Of a DNA stretch of 64,000 bases, positions 1 through 10,450 are shown one piece after another (positions within the stretch are counted from its first letter, which is position 1; the number at the start of each line of letters is the position of its first letter). The position numbers were made by a program, and so were the translations under genes. The DNA is from Candidatus Pacearchaeota archaeon (lineage in GTDB: Archaea > Nanobdellota > Nanobdellia > Pacearchaeales > GW2011-AR1). Location of the stretch: NCBI GenBank assembly GCA_018303945.1, contig JAGVXD010000019.1, positions 2,975 through 66,974 of the forward strand, read 5' to 3'. The notes below the pieces were generated by a model. It did not search any database. It was not told where the DNA came from and saw only the letters and a list, made by a program, of their open reading frames with translations.

Positions 1-1
1 G

Positions 2-196
2 CCTCGTGATGAGATACCTAAAGATTGGAGATATAAAGGAGAATTCCATAACTGGTATAAAAGTTATAATGTCAGAGAAATTAATATTGAAAATACAGCG
101 CACCCGGTTAATTTAATGGTTCCGTTCAATGAAGACATTCAATTATTCTGGAATAAAGCAAAAGAATTAAACTGGAAAGTGGAGAAATTAAAATGA
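2..196 (+). CDS. hypothetical protein, C-terminal fragment (5' end outside window)
   Basis: Open frame from the window edge to TGA at 194-196. Its stop overlaps the ATG of the next gene (ATGA). Confidence 0.4.
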   Translation, partial: PRDEIPKDWRYKGEFHNWYKSYNVREINIENTAHPVNLMVPFNEDIQLFWNKAKELNWKVEKLK

Positions 197-519
197 AGAT
201 AAAAAAAGACAAATACTTAAGAGAAAGAGGAGGCACGACTAAAATAATAAAAGTCTCTTGTATGAAATGCAATTCCCCAATATTTATTTATCAAAAAGAC
301 GGGCCTGGATGGCTGAAAAGATGTTACCTAAATAGAATTATAGAATCGGAAAATTATCCGCATCTTATCAATAATATAAAAGACATCTCAAACCTTCATA
401 ATCTGAAATGTAAATGTGGAAATATTATAGGATATCCAATAAGGCATAAAGATGGAAGGCTGGCATTTTCATTAATCAGAGGAAAATTTAAACGCTCTCC
501 TTATAAGGTGAAAAAATGA
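193..519 (+). CDS. small zinc-ribbon-like protein, function unknown
   Basis: 108-aa ORF with the Cys pairs CMKC and CKC. It is translationally coupled to both neighbours. Confidence 0.55.
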   Translation: MKIKKDKYLRERGGTTKIIKVSCMKCNSPIFIYQKDGPGWLKRCYLNRIIESENYPHLINNIKDISNLHNLKCKCGNIIGYPIRHKDGRLAFSLIRGKFKRSPYKVKK

Positions 520-968
520 ACTTTAGATTTATAACATCTTCGGAAAAGAAGCAGATTATTGAAAAGCTCAATGAGCAGTTTGGAATAGAAGAACTGCCAT
601 ACTTGCTTGGAGAGACGGGCAAGGAGAAAATACGCGCATTTTCAGGTTCATTCTCAAAAGATGAGATACTTCAGTTAGCCCAGATAGCAAATATTGAGAT
701 TATAGGGATGTATATTATAAAGCGTGAACACGGCCTGCGTTTAAGCTTTGACGCTACACAGATTTTGAGCAAAGAAATTAAAGATAATATAGTGGATATA
801 ACTCCTGACCAAAGAGAAGCCTGGCTTAGAGGAGAAGACCTTGATATTTCTGCCCAACATGGAACTGTTCTTATACGTCAGAATAACGACTTCTTGGGAT
901 GTGGGAAATCCACAGGAGTAAAAATAATAAATCATGTGCCGAAAGAAAGAAGAAGAAGACATAGATAA
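516..968 (+). CDS. NIP7-like / PUA-domain RNA-binding protein (tentative)
   Basis: 150 aa. The C-terminal GTVLIRQNNDFLGCGKSTG...INHVPKERR resembles the end of a PUA domain in NIP7-type proteins. Confidence 0.45.
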   Translation: MNFRFITSSEKKQIIEKLNEQFGIEELPYLLGETGKEKIRAFSGSFSKDEILQLAQIANIEIIGMYIIKREHGLRLSFDATQILSKEIKDNIVDITPDQREAWLRGEDLDISAQHGTVLIRQNNDFLGCGKSTGVKIINHVPKERRRRHR

Positions 969-1003
969 CTGCATTTATTATATCTCGCAGAATGGCAGTT
1001 ATC
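964..1003. repeat. hairpin repeat, family R1 copy 1 (GATAACTGC...GCAGTTATC)
   Basis: Inverted repeat that starts in the stop codon of the upstream gene. The same stem sequence occurs at 7990 and 60284. Confidence 0.7.
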
Positions 1004-1008
1004 TCTAG

Positions 1009-2964
1009 CTACCAGTAAGTTCCCTGCTTCTTCTTATACCATAATGTGGTAATTATGCCAATTAATGCGATAAAGAATATTAAAGCAGCAAGTATCTTTT
1101 TTGGATAAGTGCTTCCAATAATTGCTCCAGTAATTGGTAAATTTGTATTATTAGTTGAATTTAATAGCTCATTATTAGGAATTGAATTAAATCCTGCTAA
1201 TGTGAGATTTTGAAAACTTGTATTGCTGCCCACATTAGAAATGTTTGTACCAACTATGCTTGCCGGAGTCTGTGAAGATGAGCCTCCCTGATTTGAAGAA
1301 CTAGAACTGCTTGTAGAGGGCGGTTGTGTCGGAGCTTGAGGAGATAAAAGCAAAACAAAAGAAAGTTTGTATATTCCTGTGCCTGGAACACTAAACTTTA
1401 CAATACTGCCGTTTAATTCTGTGCTGTTAAGGCAAACTGAAGAAAGACACTCTTCGCCATCTTTCAAAAGTGTATGGTTGCTTGCATTTAAAGGCAAATC
1501 AGTAAAGGTGACGTTTGCTGAAACATTCATTCCTGATGATGTAGACTTAAGTTCTATAGTTGCATTGTCGAGAAATATATCTAAAGATAGATTGCTTCCG
1601 GAGCCGTCTAGAGAAGATAAAAATACTATCTCTCCAATGCCCGTACGCCCTAGACTAAGCATGCTTTCAATAAAAGTATATCTTCCGAGCAAAACATCCC
1701 ATAAAATTATACCTTTCACACCTGCACTAGCAGTCCTTATGTCGTCAAATCCATTTGCTGTATTTGAGACTTGCATGCCGTAAATTGAGATATTTTCACT
1801 CCCCAAATTTAATAAGACTGCTTCTTTTTGGGAAGAATTGATAAAGCTTCTGTTCAATAAAATGTTTGTGCTTCTTTCTGTATATATTCCGTTTCTGCCG
1901 TCATATATATCATTATTCTCTAAAATTATAAAAGAAGAATTGTGAACTATATGAAAACCAGAGCCATTGTTCGACATTATCTTGCTGTTGAATATGGAGT
2001 TTCTCGGACTCTTCTCAAAATAAACCCCGTGTCCATTATTATTTATAGAAGAAATGTTTGATATTGAGTTGTTTGAGCTTGTCAATAAAACAATTCCTAT
2101 TCCATGATTATTGCTGATTTGAATGTTTCTGGCAACTAAATCATCTGATAATTCTACCCTTATTCCCTGAGCCATGTTGTCTCTGCTGACTATATCTTCA
2201 AGCACACTTCGGTTGCTTCCCAACAATAAAATTCCTTGTCTGGAGTTGTTCTCTGTAATTATATCTCTTAAAATAGCTTTATTACTGTACTCTGCCCTGA
2301 TTCCGTAATTTTTATTATTACTGGCACTGCTATTGTAAATTGTTGTTCTATGTGAGCCTAAATGAACATATATTCCATTATTTTCATTGTTGCGGCTTTC
2401 TATTCCTCCAATTCTAATGTTCTCGCTTGTTTTAAGGCGCACACCGTATTCAAACCCATTCTCTATTAAGCTATTGCCTATAAAGCCCTCATCTATTGTA
2501 TAGAAAAATATCCCGCTATTATTATTTCCTGATGCGTTTGCATGCAAGACCGACAAGTTTTGCGAGAAATCTCCTTGTATGCCACTGTCAGTATTATTTA
2601 TTACCTGAACGCTGTCAACTATTACGCTTTTAGAATTCTTTACATATATCCCTCTTGAAAAACTATCTGCTGTTATATTGACAACTTTTACATAATTTGA
2701 ACCGCTTACATAAACCCCATAGCCGCCCCCCGTACCAGTTATAGAGAAATTCTTCCCGTCAAGAACTATGTCCTCCCCATCTATAATGAGACATGTCCCG
2801 TTTGTAGAAATGCTATTGTTTAATGAGTAATTGCCTGCACTGCTTATTTTCTGGCATTCGTTTATTAAAACTTCGGCTTCTGCCCCGCTTATCATTACTG
2901 CTAGAAATAAAAACGGAAGAAGATATTTCACTTTAGAAAAAGTGTTCATGTTAAAAATAACCAA
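1009..2964 (-). CDS. secreted right-handed beta-helix (PbH1/NosD-like) surface protein with Ser/Thr/Pro-rich stalk and C-terminal TM anchor
   Basis: N-terminal signal-like segment, many repeated NxxGI / N-rich beta-helix turns, an STP-rich linker, and a terminal hydrophobic helix followed by KKKQ. Confidence 0.75.
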   Translation of the reverse strand: MVIFNMNTFSKVKYLLPFLFLAVMISGAEAEVLINECQKISSAGNYSLNNSISTNGTCLIIDGEDIVLDGKNFSITGTGGGYGVYVSGSNYVKVVNITADSFSRGIYVKNSKSVIVDSVQVINNTDSGIQGDFSQNLSVLHANASGNNNSGIFFYTIDEGFIGNSLIENGFEYGVRLKTSENIRIGGIESRNNENNGIYVHLGSHRTTIYNSSASNNKNYGIRAEYSNKAILRDIITENNSRQGILLLGSNRSVLEDIVSRDNMAQGIRVELSDDLVARNIQISNNHGIGIVLLTSSNNSISNISSINNNGHGVYFEKSPRNSIFNSKIMSNNGSGFHIVHNSSFIILENNDIYDGRNGIYTERSTNILLNRSFINSSQKEAVLLNLGSENISIYGMQVSNTANGFDDIRTASAGVKGIILWDVLLGRYTFIESMLSLGRTGIGEIVFLSSLDGSGSNLSLDIFLDNATIELKSTSSGMNVSANVTFTDLPLNASNHTLLKDGEECLSSVCLNSTELNGSIVKFSVPGTGIYKLSFVLLLSPQAPTQPPSTSSSSSSNQGGSSSQTPASIVGTNISNVGSNTSFQNLTLAGFNSIPNNELLNSTNNTNLPITGAIIGSTYPKKILAALIFFIALIGIITTLWYKKKQGTYW

Positions 2965-3052
2965 CTGTAAAATATAAAGCGACGTTGTATCTTATAAGAC
3001 TACTATAGCCCTACTGCACAAAGCTATTTAAATATCTACCCTCTAAAAAATT

Positions 3053-3973
3053 ATGGACAACAAAGAAATTCTAAATCTGGAAAAAGCAGGAAAGATAGCT
3101 AGCCAAACAGTCAAGTATGCCAGAAATTTTATAAAAAGAGACATGTTCTTGCTTAATATAGCGGAAGAGATAGAAGATAAAATAATTCAACTTGGAGGAT
3201 CTCCAGCTTTTCCCATAAATCTCTCTATAAATGAAGTGGCGGCTCATTCTACGCCTGCATATAATGATAGTGCAAAGGCGCATGGACTCTTGAAAATAGA
3301 TATTGGGGTGCACATTAACGGCTATATTGCTGACACGGCTTTCTCACTTGACCTGGACAATTTAGAAGAGAATAAGAAACTTATTAACGCTGCAGAAGCG
3401 GCGCTTTTATCTGCAGTAGAATTGGTAAAAGAAAAGAAGATAGTGAAAGTAAGAGAGATTGGAGCAGTAATATCTAAGACTATAGAAAAGTACGGATTGC
3501 AGGCAGTGCGCAACCTTTCGGGACACTCAATAGAAAAGAACGAGATACATGCAGGCATAACCATTCCAAATTATGATAATGCACAGGAAAAAATTCTTGA
3601 AAAAGGCATCTATGCCATAGAGCCATTTGTAACAAATGGTGTAGGTACTGTTCGTGATGGCAAGCCATCTGGAATTTATGCCTTGACAAAAGAAGGAAAT
3701 GTAAGAGATCAGTTTGCGCGAGAAGTCCTTACATACATTAAAGAAAACTATCTTACCAGACCATTCTGCTCCCGCTGGCTCTATAAAAAATTCGGCTCTC
3801 GTGCTCTTATAGCATTAAAGCGGATTGAAGAATCCGGGCTTTTGCATAATTACCCTCAATTAATAGAATCTTCCGGCAAACCGGTCGCCCAAGCCGAGCA
3901 CACTATAGCCATAACATCAAAAGATGTAATTATTTTAACAGATATAATAGATAGTCTAAATATTTATAAATAG
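3053..3973 (+). CDS. map: methionine aminopeptidase, type 2 (archaeal)
   Basis: 306 aa with metal-ligand context: DIGVHINGYIADTA, SGHSIE, EPF and AEHT. Confidence 0.9.
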   Translation: MDNKEILNLEKAGKIASQTVKYARNFIKRDMFLLNIAEEIEDKIIQLGGSPAFPINLSINEVAAHSTPAYNDSAKAHGLLKIDIGVHINGYIADTAFSLDLDNLEENKKLINAAEAALLSAVELVKEKKIVKVREIGAVISKTIEKYGLQAVRNLSGHSIEKNEIHAGITIPNYDNAQEKILEKGIYAIEPFVTNGVGTVRDGKPSGIYALTKEGNVRDQFAREVLTYIKENYLTRPFCSRWLYKKFGSRALIALKRIEESGLLHNYPQLIESSGKPVAQAEHTIAITSKDVIILTDIIDSLNIYK

Positions 3974-3991
3974 ATTGTTATCTAAAAAATA

Positions 3992-4399
3992 ATGTCAATA
4001 GCATATAAATTATTTGGAGTCCCTAAAACACTTGATGAATTTTTAGATAAAGTCAAAAGAAAAGGATATAATAAAGTAAATATAAATTTATGGAGTTATG
4101 ATAACGATGACGGTTTTGGACCATTTAATTATCATACTGTCGTTGATATTCGGGCTGGAAAAATAAAATTGAAACTTAATGAATATACTTATGTGAGAAC
4201 TTGGAATTTAAATGACACAATAATAGGCAAAGCTAAAATTGAGCTGGCTGCTCTAAATGAAGCAGCAGAAACTGCAGACAAATTAAAAATTCATGGTTTG
4301 GAATCAACTATTAACAATAAATCAACAGACGAATTAAAGAAAGAAATTAGTAAATATGCTGGAGAAATACTAGAAAAAGAGCGGGAATTTAATAAGTAA
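3992..4399 (+). CDS. hypothetical protein
   Basis: 135-aa ORF in an intergenic-free context. No recognisable motif. Confidence 0.55.
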   Translation: MSIAYKLFGVPKTLDEFLDKVKRKGYNKVNINLWSYDNDDGFGPFNYHTVVDIRAGKIKLKLNEYTYVRTWNLNDTIIGKAKIELAALNEAAETADKLKIHGLESTINNKSTDELKKEISKYAGEILEKEREFNK

Positions 4400-4508
4400 G
4401 TCGCTCTCTAGATTATATAATTCTGCCTTGGATTGAGTGGGGGGAATATGCTTTTTAATTACTTATGTCTTGCTTTGTAAATGCGAAGTGAGTGATAGAA
4501 TTTTTTAT

Positions 4509-6800
4509 TTACCCTGTATAAATAGGTCCAACTTCAAGCGTTCCTGCCTTTGCATTCTTTATATAATACTCTTCCATCTTCTTATATCGCTTTGCAGTCT
4601 CTGGAGATACAGAAGGTTTAACTCTATTAAACGCTTCTTCAAAATCCTTGCGTGAAACGTTTTTGCTTGTTATATCGCGTCGGAGTGCACTCATTGCTGC
4701 TTCTCTTACAAGTCCCTCTATGTCAGCACCAACAAATCCTTCAGTCTGTTTTACCAATTCATCTATGCGTACATCTTCAGCAAGAGGAGTGTTCTTTGTA
4801 TGTACCTCAAATATCTTCTTCCTGCTTTGCGCATCAGGAACATCTACAAGTATTACTCTGTCAAATCTTCCCGGACGCAAAAGGGCTGGGTCCAGCATAT
4901 CAGGTCTGTTAGTAGCTCCCACGACTGTTACATCTTTAAGTCCTTCAAGACCATCCATCTCTGCAAGAAGTTGATTTAAAACTCTTTCTGTGACTTTTGT
5001 CCCGCTTTCAAAACCCCTCCTTCCTGCAAGTGAGTCAATCTCATCAAAGAAAATAACGCAGGGAGATACCTGCCTTGCTCTTTCAAACACTTTCCTGACT
5101 CCCTCTTCACTCTTTCCCACCCACATGCTCAACAAGGAAGGTCCTTTGACTGAAATAAAGTTTGCCTCACTTTCCTTAGCTACTGCTTTTGCCAATAATG
5201 TCTTTCCTGTTCCCGGAGGACCATATAACAAAATGCCTCTTGGAGCTCTCACCCCTAGACGCTTGAAGCTTTCAGGACTTTTCAATGGCCACTCAATCGC
5301 CTCACGCAAGTCTCTCTTAGTATTATCTAAACCTCCAATATCTTCCCAGCTTACATTCGGAGTCTCAACAAGAACTTCACGCATTGCGCTTGGTCTGACA
5401 ACCTTCAGCGATTCCTCAAAATCATCTCCGCTAATGACTATCTTATCAAGAACTTCTTGCGGAATTGCTTCATCATCTTCTAATTTTAATTCTGGAAGTA
5501 ATTTTCTTAGTAAATTCATTGCCGCTTCTTTCGTTAATGCTGATAAATCTGCTCCTACAAATCCGTGAGTCTTTGCAGCAAGGGCTTCAAGATTTACACT
5601 TTTGTGCAAAGGCATATTTCTAGTATGAATTTTTAAGATATTAAGGCGTGCTTGCTTGTCCGGAACAGAAATTTCAACTTCCCTGTCAAATCTTCCAGGA
5701 CGTCTTAAAGCAGGGTCAATAGAATTGACTCTGTTAGTTGCACCTATAACTATTATTCTTCCTCTTGACTTCAAACCATCCATCATAGTCAGGAGCTGTG
5801 AAACAACTCTTCTCTCAACTTCTCCCTGAACTTCCTCACGTTTTGGAGCAATAGCGTCAACTTCGTCTATGAATATAATTGAAGGCGCATTCTTCTCCGC
5901 ATCTTCAAATATATCTCTTATTTTCTTTTCAGACTCTCCGTAAAACTTGCTCATTATTTCTGGACCATTAAGCAAAATAAAATGTGCTTCTGATTCGTTA
6001 GCTACTGCTTTTGCCAATAATGTCTTTCCTGTTCCAGGAGGACCATGGAGCAAAACTCCTTTAGGGGGCTCTATACCCAGTTTATCAAATATCTCTGGAT
6101 GCTTGAGGGGCAACTCAACCATTTCTCTTATCTTCTTGACTTCATCTGTTAATCCGCCAATATCTTCATAAGTAACATCAGGCACTGCTTCTTCTGAAAC
6201 ATCAACTGATTTTGCATTTACAAAGAGCTCTGTATCCTCTGTAATAATGCATGGTTGGTTTGGAGTAGTAGAAACAACGACAAACTTTAACTGCTGAAAT
6301 CCGGAGAACCCCAACTGTCCACCAAACAATTCATTGAAATCGCTTATAATATCTGGAAAATTATCGTGCATCATGTCTCTTCTCCTCTGCACCCCTCCTA
6401 AAGAGATAATATCTCCCTTGGCAACTGCTCGTCCTAAAAGTCCGTTCTTGAAAACTTCTGGATCTCCATGTATCATGACTCCTTGTTGAGCCGGGGCTAT
6501 TGAGACTTTAGTTGCCGCTTTTGCATTTACCTTGCTTACTATTACCTGCTCGCCTACTCCAGTTCTGGCGTTTCTTCTTATTAATCCATCAATTCTGATT
6601 ATATGCTCGCCTACATCTGCAGGATAAGCTCTATCAACAATAGCTACAGTTTCACGTGCCCCTTTGATAGAAATAATCTCCCCTCTGCTTAAACCAAGTG
6701 ATTTCATTAATTGAGGATCAATTCTAGCTATGCCCTTATATGCATCATCTTGCAATGCTTCTACAACCTTAAGTCTAATTTCTTGCTGTTTCATTTCCAA
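4509..6800 (-). CDS. cdc48: Cdc48/VCP-type AAA+ ATPase (two ATPase domains)
   Basis: 763 aa with two GPPGTGKT Walker A motifs, two DE Walker B motifs, and an N-terminal double-psi barrel-like region. Confidence 0.95.
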   Translation of the reverse strand: MEMKQQEIRLKVVEALQDDAYKGIARIDPQLMKSLGLSRGEIISIKGARETVAIVDRAYPADVGEHIIRIDGLIRRNARTGVGEQVIVSKVNAKAATKVSIAPAQQGVMIHGDPEVFKNGLLGRAVAKGDIISLGGVQRRRDMMHDNFPDIISDFNELFGGQLGFSGFQQLKFVVVSTTPNQPCIITEDTELFVNAKSVDVSEEAVPDVTYEDIGGLTDEVKKIREMVELPLKHPEIFDKLGIEPPKGVLLHGPPGTGKTLLAKAVANESEAHFILLNGPEIMSKFYGESEKKIRDIFEDAEKNAPSIIFIDEVDAIAPKREEVQGEVERRVVSQLLTMMDGLKSRGRIIVIGATNRVNSIDPALRRPGRFDREVEISVPDKQARLNILKIHTRNMPLHKSVNLEALAAKTHGFVGADLSALTKEAAMNLLRKLLPELKLEDDEAIPQEVLDKIVISGDDFEESLKVVRPSAMREVLVETPNVSWEDIGGLDNTKRDLREAIEWPLKSPESFKRLGVRAPRGILLYGPPGTGKTLLAKAVAKESEANFISVKGPSLLSMWVGKSEEGVRKVFERARQVSPCVIFFDEIDSLAGRRGFESGTKVTERVLNQLLAEMDGLEGLKDVTVVGATNRPDMLDPALLRPGRFDRVILVDVPDAQSRKKIFEVHTKNTPLAEDVRIDELVKQTEGFVGADIEGLVREAAMSALRRDITSKNVSRKDFEEAFNRVKPSVSPETAKRYKKMEEYYIKNAKAGTLEVGPIYTG

Positions 6801-7140
6801 ACCTCACACTCAAAGTATCAAAGTCCTCGAAACATAATCTCACCATTTCATCCATTTGTCTACGCGCTTGTCTGTGCTTTTCATTAACAAAATCAAGTAT
6901 TTCCTTGGGAATGCTTATTGCATGGCTATTCCCAACCATGCGTAGCTTTACAGTAAATGTCTTGCTTCGTAATGTATTAAAGGATTCCAAAGCATTTAAA
7001 TCTGCTGGGTGTACAATATTATCGTGGCATGAGGGACATTCTACCGCTCTAAGCTCAAATCCTTCTTTTTTAACGCTTGTCGGTACCATCTCACGCTGAC
7101 AATTTTTGCACAATATCGTCGCATCAAATATATCTATCAT
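6775..7140 (-). CDS. zinc-ribbon plus AbrB/SpoVT-like domain protein
   Basis: CKNC...CPSC ribbon followed by VKLRMVGNSHAISIPKEI (SpoVT-AbrB-like). It overlaps the cdc48 start by 26 nt. Confidence 0.6.
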   Translation of the reverse strand: MIDIFDATILCKNCQREMVPTSVKKEGFELRAVECPSCHDNIVHPADLNALESFNTLRSKTFTVKLRMVGNSHAISIPKEILDFVNEKHRQARRQMDEMVRLCFEDFDTLSVRFGNETARN

Positions 7141-7188
7141 GGAATTACCTTATGTATACATATCTCTGTATACACTAGTATTTAAATC

Positions 7189-7452
7189 TTGCGTTTTTTT
7201 AAGAAATATATGAATGAAAGACTTGAAAAAAACAAGGAATCTATGGCTATTCTTACAAATGACCCTACATACAAAAGAATACAAGAAATAGGCAATCAAA
7301 TAGTACACAATCCCTATCATCCACGTGAACTTGTTTATCTCGAAGACAAAAAAGCTAACAAATATAGTGATTCTCTGGACATGCTAGCTAACCTTACTCA
7401 TGGCATAAATTCATGTGTTCTTACAGGGAAATTGGCTATACTACAACTTTAG
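7189..7452 (+). CDS. hypothetical protein (TTG start; may be the 5' part of a frameshifted gene with 7413..7994)
   Basis: 87-aa ORF that overlaps the next same-strand ORF by 40 nt. Confidence 0.3.
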   Translation: MRFFKKYMNERLEKNKESMAILTNDPTYKRIQEIGNQIVHNPYHPRELVYLEDKKANKYSDSLDMLANLTHGINSCVLTGKLAILQL

Positions 7453-7994
7453 GTTTTTTCTATAGAGAGCACTCAGCACTTCATCTGGGAATAAATTCGG
7501 CTTTCCTCCCGCAACTTCTTGCCAGATTAAGCGAGTATAATATTTATCTTTATTCCCGCCTCTCAATGATGCGTGAATTTGATACAAAAAAACGCGACAA
7601 TTACGAACCAGTCAATGAAACGGAGATAATAAAACTTTCAAGAGGAGAAAGATTGGAAAAAAGAATACTGGGATTTATTGATAAAACAAAAAACCTTCGC
7701 TTAATTCAGGTTAAAAGATATGGCTGGATTGAGCCGCACGAAAATCTAAACAGCTATGTTGATTTATATATTCATCATTATAAAAACGGCCAGCTTTATT
7801 CAAACGATGATAAGCCAAGAGAAATAAATGGATATTTTTCAGGAGCAGTCTATAAAACAAAATCTGGGATTTCTCTACCTATTGTAAATTTGAGATATCT
7901 CTACGAAATAAAAAAAGAGAGATTTGAAAAAAAGATGGGAGAAACTGATGCTTTTGATTTGGCAATGATAACTATATACTTGAAATATGGATAA
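7413..7994 (+). CDS. hypothetical protein
   Basis: 193-aa ORF. Its stop lies inside an R1 hairpin repeat. Confidence 0.5.
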   Translation: MCSYREIGYTTTLGFFYREHSALHLGINSAFLPQLLARLSEYNIYLYSRLSMMREFDTKKRDNYEPVNETEIIKLSRGERLEKRILGFIDKTKNLRLIQVKRYGWIEPHENLNSYVDLYIHHYKNGQLYSNDDKPREINGYFSGAVYKTKSGISLPIVNLRYLYEIKKERFEKKMGETDAFDLAMITIYLKYG

Positions 7995-8082
7995 CTGCAT
8001 TGCTTAGATGACAACGAGTGGCAGTTATTCAGACAGAGAACTGCGTACAAATATGTAATCTAACCTGCGCAGTTCTCTATAT
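7990..8082. repeat. hairpin repeat, family R1 copy 2 (two consecutive hairpins)
   Basis: GATAACTGC..GCAGTTAT followed by CAGAGAACTGCG..CGCAGTTCTCT. Homologous to 60284-60375. Confidence 0.7.
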
Positions 8083-8131
8083 CAAAACTCAAAAAACTAA
8101 CGTTTATTAATCCTGTGTTCATATCCCTAAT

Positions 8132-9478
8132 ATGCAAAAAGAGGAAGGGGCAAATGATAGAAAGAAACAGAAAGCCCTCTCGGTAAGCATAAAGGAAGGA
8201 TGTGCTGCAGGCGTTTCATCAAGCATAGGAGAGACATATATAACTCCTATGGCTCTAGCAGTCAATACACAGCCACTACAGATAGGATTTCTTAATTCAA
8301 TTCCCGGAATAGCCGGACCGCTTGCTCAATTGTTTGGAAGTAAATTAATGGAAAGTCTTTCCAGAAAGAAAATTGTCATGCTTTTTGTTTTAATGCAGGC
8401 ACTTCTCTGGATTCCAATTGGCTTATTGGCTGTTCTAGTGCACTTTAATATTCTGACTTCTAACGCCCCAATATACCTTATTATTGCATATACAATCGTT
8501 GTAATTGCAGGAAGCGTCGCACATCCGGCATGGTTTTCCTGGATGGGAGACCTTGTTCCAGCATCAGATAGAGGCAAATACTTCAGTCTGCGTAATAGAG
8601 CAATAGGGACGACAGGTCTTGTGACTGTCCTGGCAGGTGCATTTATGTTAGATTTATTTAAGACTCAAGGATATATTCTCCTGGGATTTGCATTGTTATT
8701 TGCAATAGCGTCAACTTCGCGTATGATTTCCTACATTCTCTTAAGAAAACAATACTCTCCTAAATTTCGCGTATTGAAAAGAGATTATTTTTCTTTCTGG
8801 CAGTTCATGAAAAAGATGGACAATTATGGAAAGTTCTCTATTTATCTGGCTTTTTTTAATGGTGCAATAATGATTGCTAGCCCTTTCTTTGCAGTATATA
8901 TGCTTCAATATTTGAAATTCAGCTACGTTACATTTATGATAATAAGCATCAGCTCAACAGTTGTTTATTTATTATCTATTCCAATTGCAGGAAAATTTTC
9001 AGACAGATATGGAAATGTAAAATTAATGCATGTGGCGAATGTTCTATTCATATTGACTCCCATCCTGTGGATATTTATCAAGAACCCATTCTGGCTTATT
9101 GGAATACCTCAAGTAATATCTGGACTGGCAAATGCTGCATTCATAATAGCCGCTACAAACTTTAACTATGATGCTGTTTCTCCGGAAAAAAGAGGTCTTT
9201 GCGTTTCATATAATAATATATTGGTGGGGGCAGGCATGTTTATAGGCCCCATTATCGGTGGATTAATAGTTAATTACTACCATCCATCCGCCTTAAATCC
9301 ATACCTCTTTCTGTTTGGAGTTGCTGCATTTTTCAGACTTGTTGTAGGATTGATATTCTTGCCCGGGATAAAAGAAGTTAAGAAAATAAAATATATTCCT
9401 AATTTTTCAATGGAAGTGACTCATCCATGGAAAGCAATTCATAATGATGTATCCTGGCTGAAACATATTGTTAAATAA
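8132..9478 (+). CDS. MFS-type transporter
   Basis: 448 aa with about 12 hydrophobic helices and the MFS-like motif DRGKYFSLRNR between TM2 and TM3. Confidence 0.75.
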   Translation: MQKEEGANDRKKQKALSVSIKEGCAAGVSSSIGETYITPMALAVNTQPLQIGFLNSIPGIAGPLAQLFGSKLMESLSRKKIVMLFVLMQALLWIPIGLLAVLVHFNILTSNAPIYLIIAYTIVVIAGSVAHPAWFSWMGDLVPASDRGKYFSLRNRAIGTTGLVTVLAGAFMLDLFKTQGYILLGFALLFAIASTSRMISYILLRKQYSPKFRVLKRDYFSFWQFMKKMDNYGKFSIYLAFFNGAIMIASPFFAVYMLQYLKFSYVTFMIISISSTVVYLLSIPIAGKFSDRYGNVKLMHVANVLFILTPILWIFIKNPFWLIGIPQVISGLANAAFIIAATNFNYDAVSPEKRGLCVSYNNILVGAGMFIGPIIGGLIVNYYHPSALNPYLFLFGVAAFFRLVVGLIFLPGIKEVKKIKYIPNFSMEVTHPWKAIHNDVSWLKHIVK

Positions 9479-9531
9479 TGTAGCCTTAAAAAATACATAA
9501 AGTTTAAAAATTTAAAAAGCTTCCAGAAAAC

Positions 9532-10179
9532 ATGTTTTTTAAGAAAAAATCGAGAAAAAATGAAGAAATGTGCCCTGAATGCAAGTCAGTCATAAGCAAT
9601 AAATTTAGCTTTTGCCCATATTGTGGAGAAGGCTTGATTGATGAAGAGCAATATGCGCAGGATTTTGGCATATTGGGCAAGAACGATTTAGAAGACGAAG
9701 AAATAATAGAGAACGCTTTTGTAAACAGCATGGGAATTACAGATAAAATAATTGGCACTTTAATGAACTCTCTCATGAAAAATCTTGAAATGCAGTTTAA
9801 AGAGGCAAATAATGCTGAAATGAAAAACACTCCTAACGGAATAAGAATAAGAATTGGTCCTTCACAGCCAAATGCAGATCATGGCAATATGCAAATGAAT
9901 CGCCCTTTAACTGATAAACAGCTCGAAAAGATGTCTAATTTGCCAAGAGTAGAAGCTAAAAGTCAGGTTCGTAGATTAAGTGACAAAGTAGTCTATGAAC
10001 TAAATACTCTTGGAGTAGAATCTTTAAACGATGTGTTTGTCTCTAAATTAGAAACTGGATATGAGATAAAAGCGATAGGCAAAAACAAGGTATATGTGAA
10101 TAACTTTCCGGCTAATCTCCCGCTGAAGAAATTCGCCCTTCGAGATAAGGGTCTTACAGTAGAATTCGGTCTTGCTTAA
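9532..10179 (+). CDS. zinc-ribbon protein with possible HSP20/CS-like C-terminal domain
   Basis: N-terminal CPEC...CPYC. The C-terminal beta-rich region is only weakly reminiscent of HSP20. Confidence 0.5.
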   Translation: MFFKKKSRKNEEMCPECKSVISNKFSFCPYCGEGLIDEEQYAQDFGILGKNDLEDEEIIENAFVNSMGITDKIIGTLMNSLMKNLEMQFKEANNAEMKNTPNGIRIRIGPSQPNADHGNMQMNRPLTDKQLEKMSNLPRVEAKSQVRRLSDKVVYELNTLGVESLNDVFVSKLETGYEIKAIGKNKVYVNNFPANLPLKKFALRDKGLTVEFGLA

Positions 10180-10228
10180 ATATACCAAACGGGAATATTT
10201 TTAAATAGTTAAATCGAATTAAATGTAA

Positions 10229-10381
10229 GATCCCGTAGCTCAGTTGGTTAGAGCGCTGCTCTGATATCAAAAAGTCCTTGCGTTTACCGCACCCTAAAGG
10301 GCGCGGTTTATTTGGGACTTTTGGCAGAAAAAATCAATGTCGGAAAGGCAGAGGTCCCAAGTTCAATTCTTGGCGGGATCA
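10229..10381 (+). tRNA. tRNA-Ile(GAU) with a 79-nt intron (10267..10345) at the canonical 37/38 position
   Basis: Hand-folded. Acceptor GATCCCG/CGGGATC, D arm GCTC/GAGC, anticodon stem CTGCT/GGCAG, loop CTGATA|A, T arm CCAAG-TTCAATT-CTTGG. Confidence 0.8.
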
Positions 10382-10450
10382 TAATTGCCATTTATCACCT
10401 AACTAGAGAAAACCTTAAGATTATTAAACACGCCTATTCTAAAAAATATT

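Noticed and set aside
4648-6171. Several + strand ORFs (108, 86, 192 and 74 aa) inside cdc48, and similar antisense ORFs inside other large genes (MCM, topA, valS, ftsZ, gatA, vWA, MoxR)
   Set aside because: They are antisense shadows of strongly supported genes and have Ser/Pro/Leu-biased low-complexity translations.
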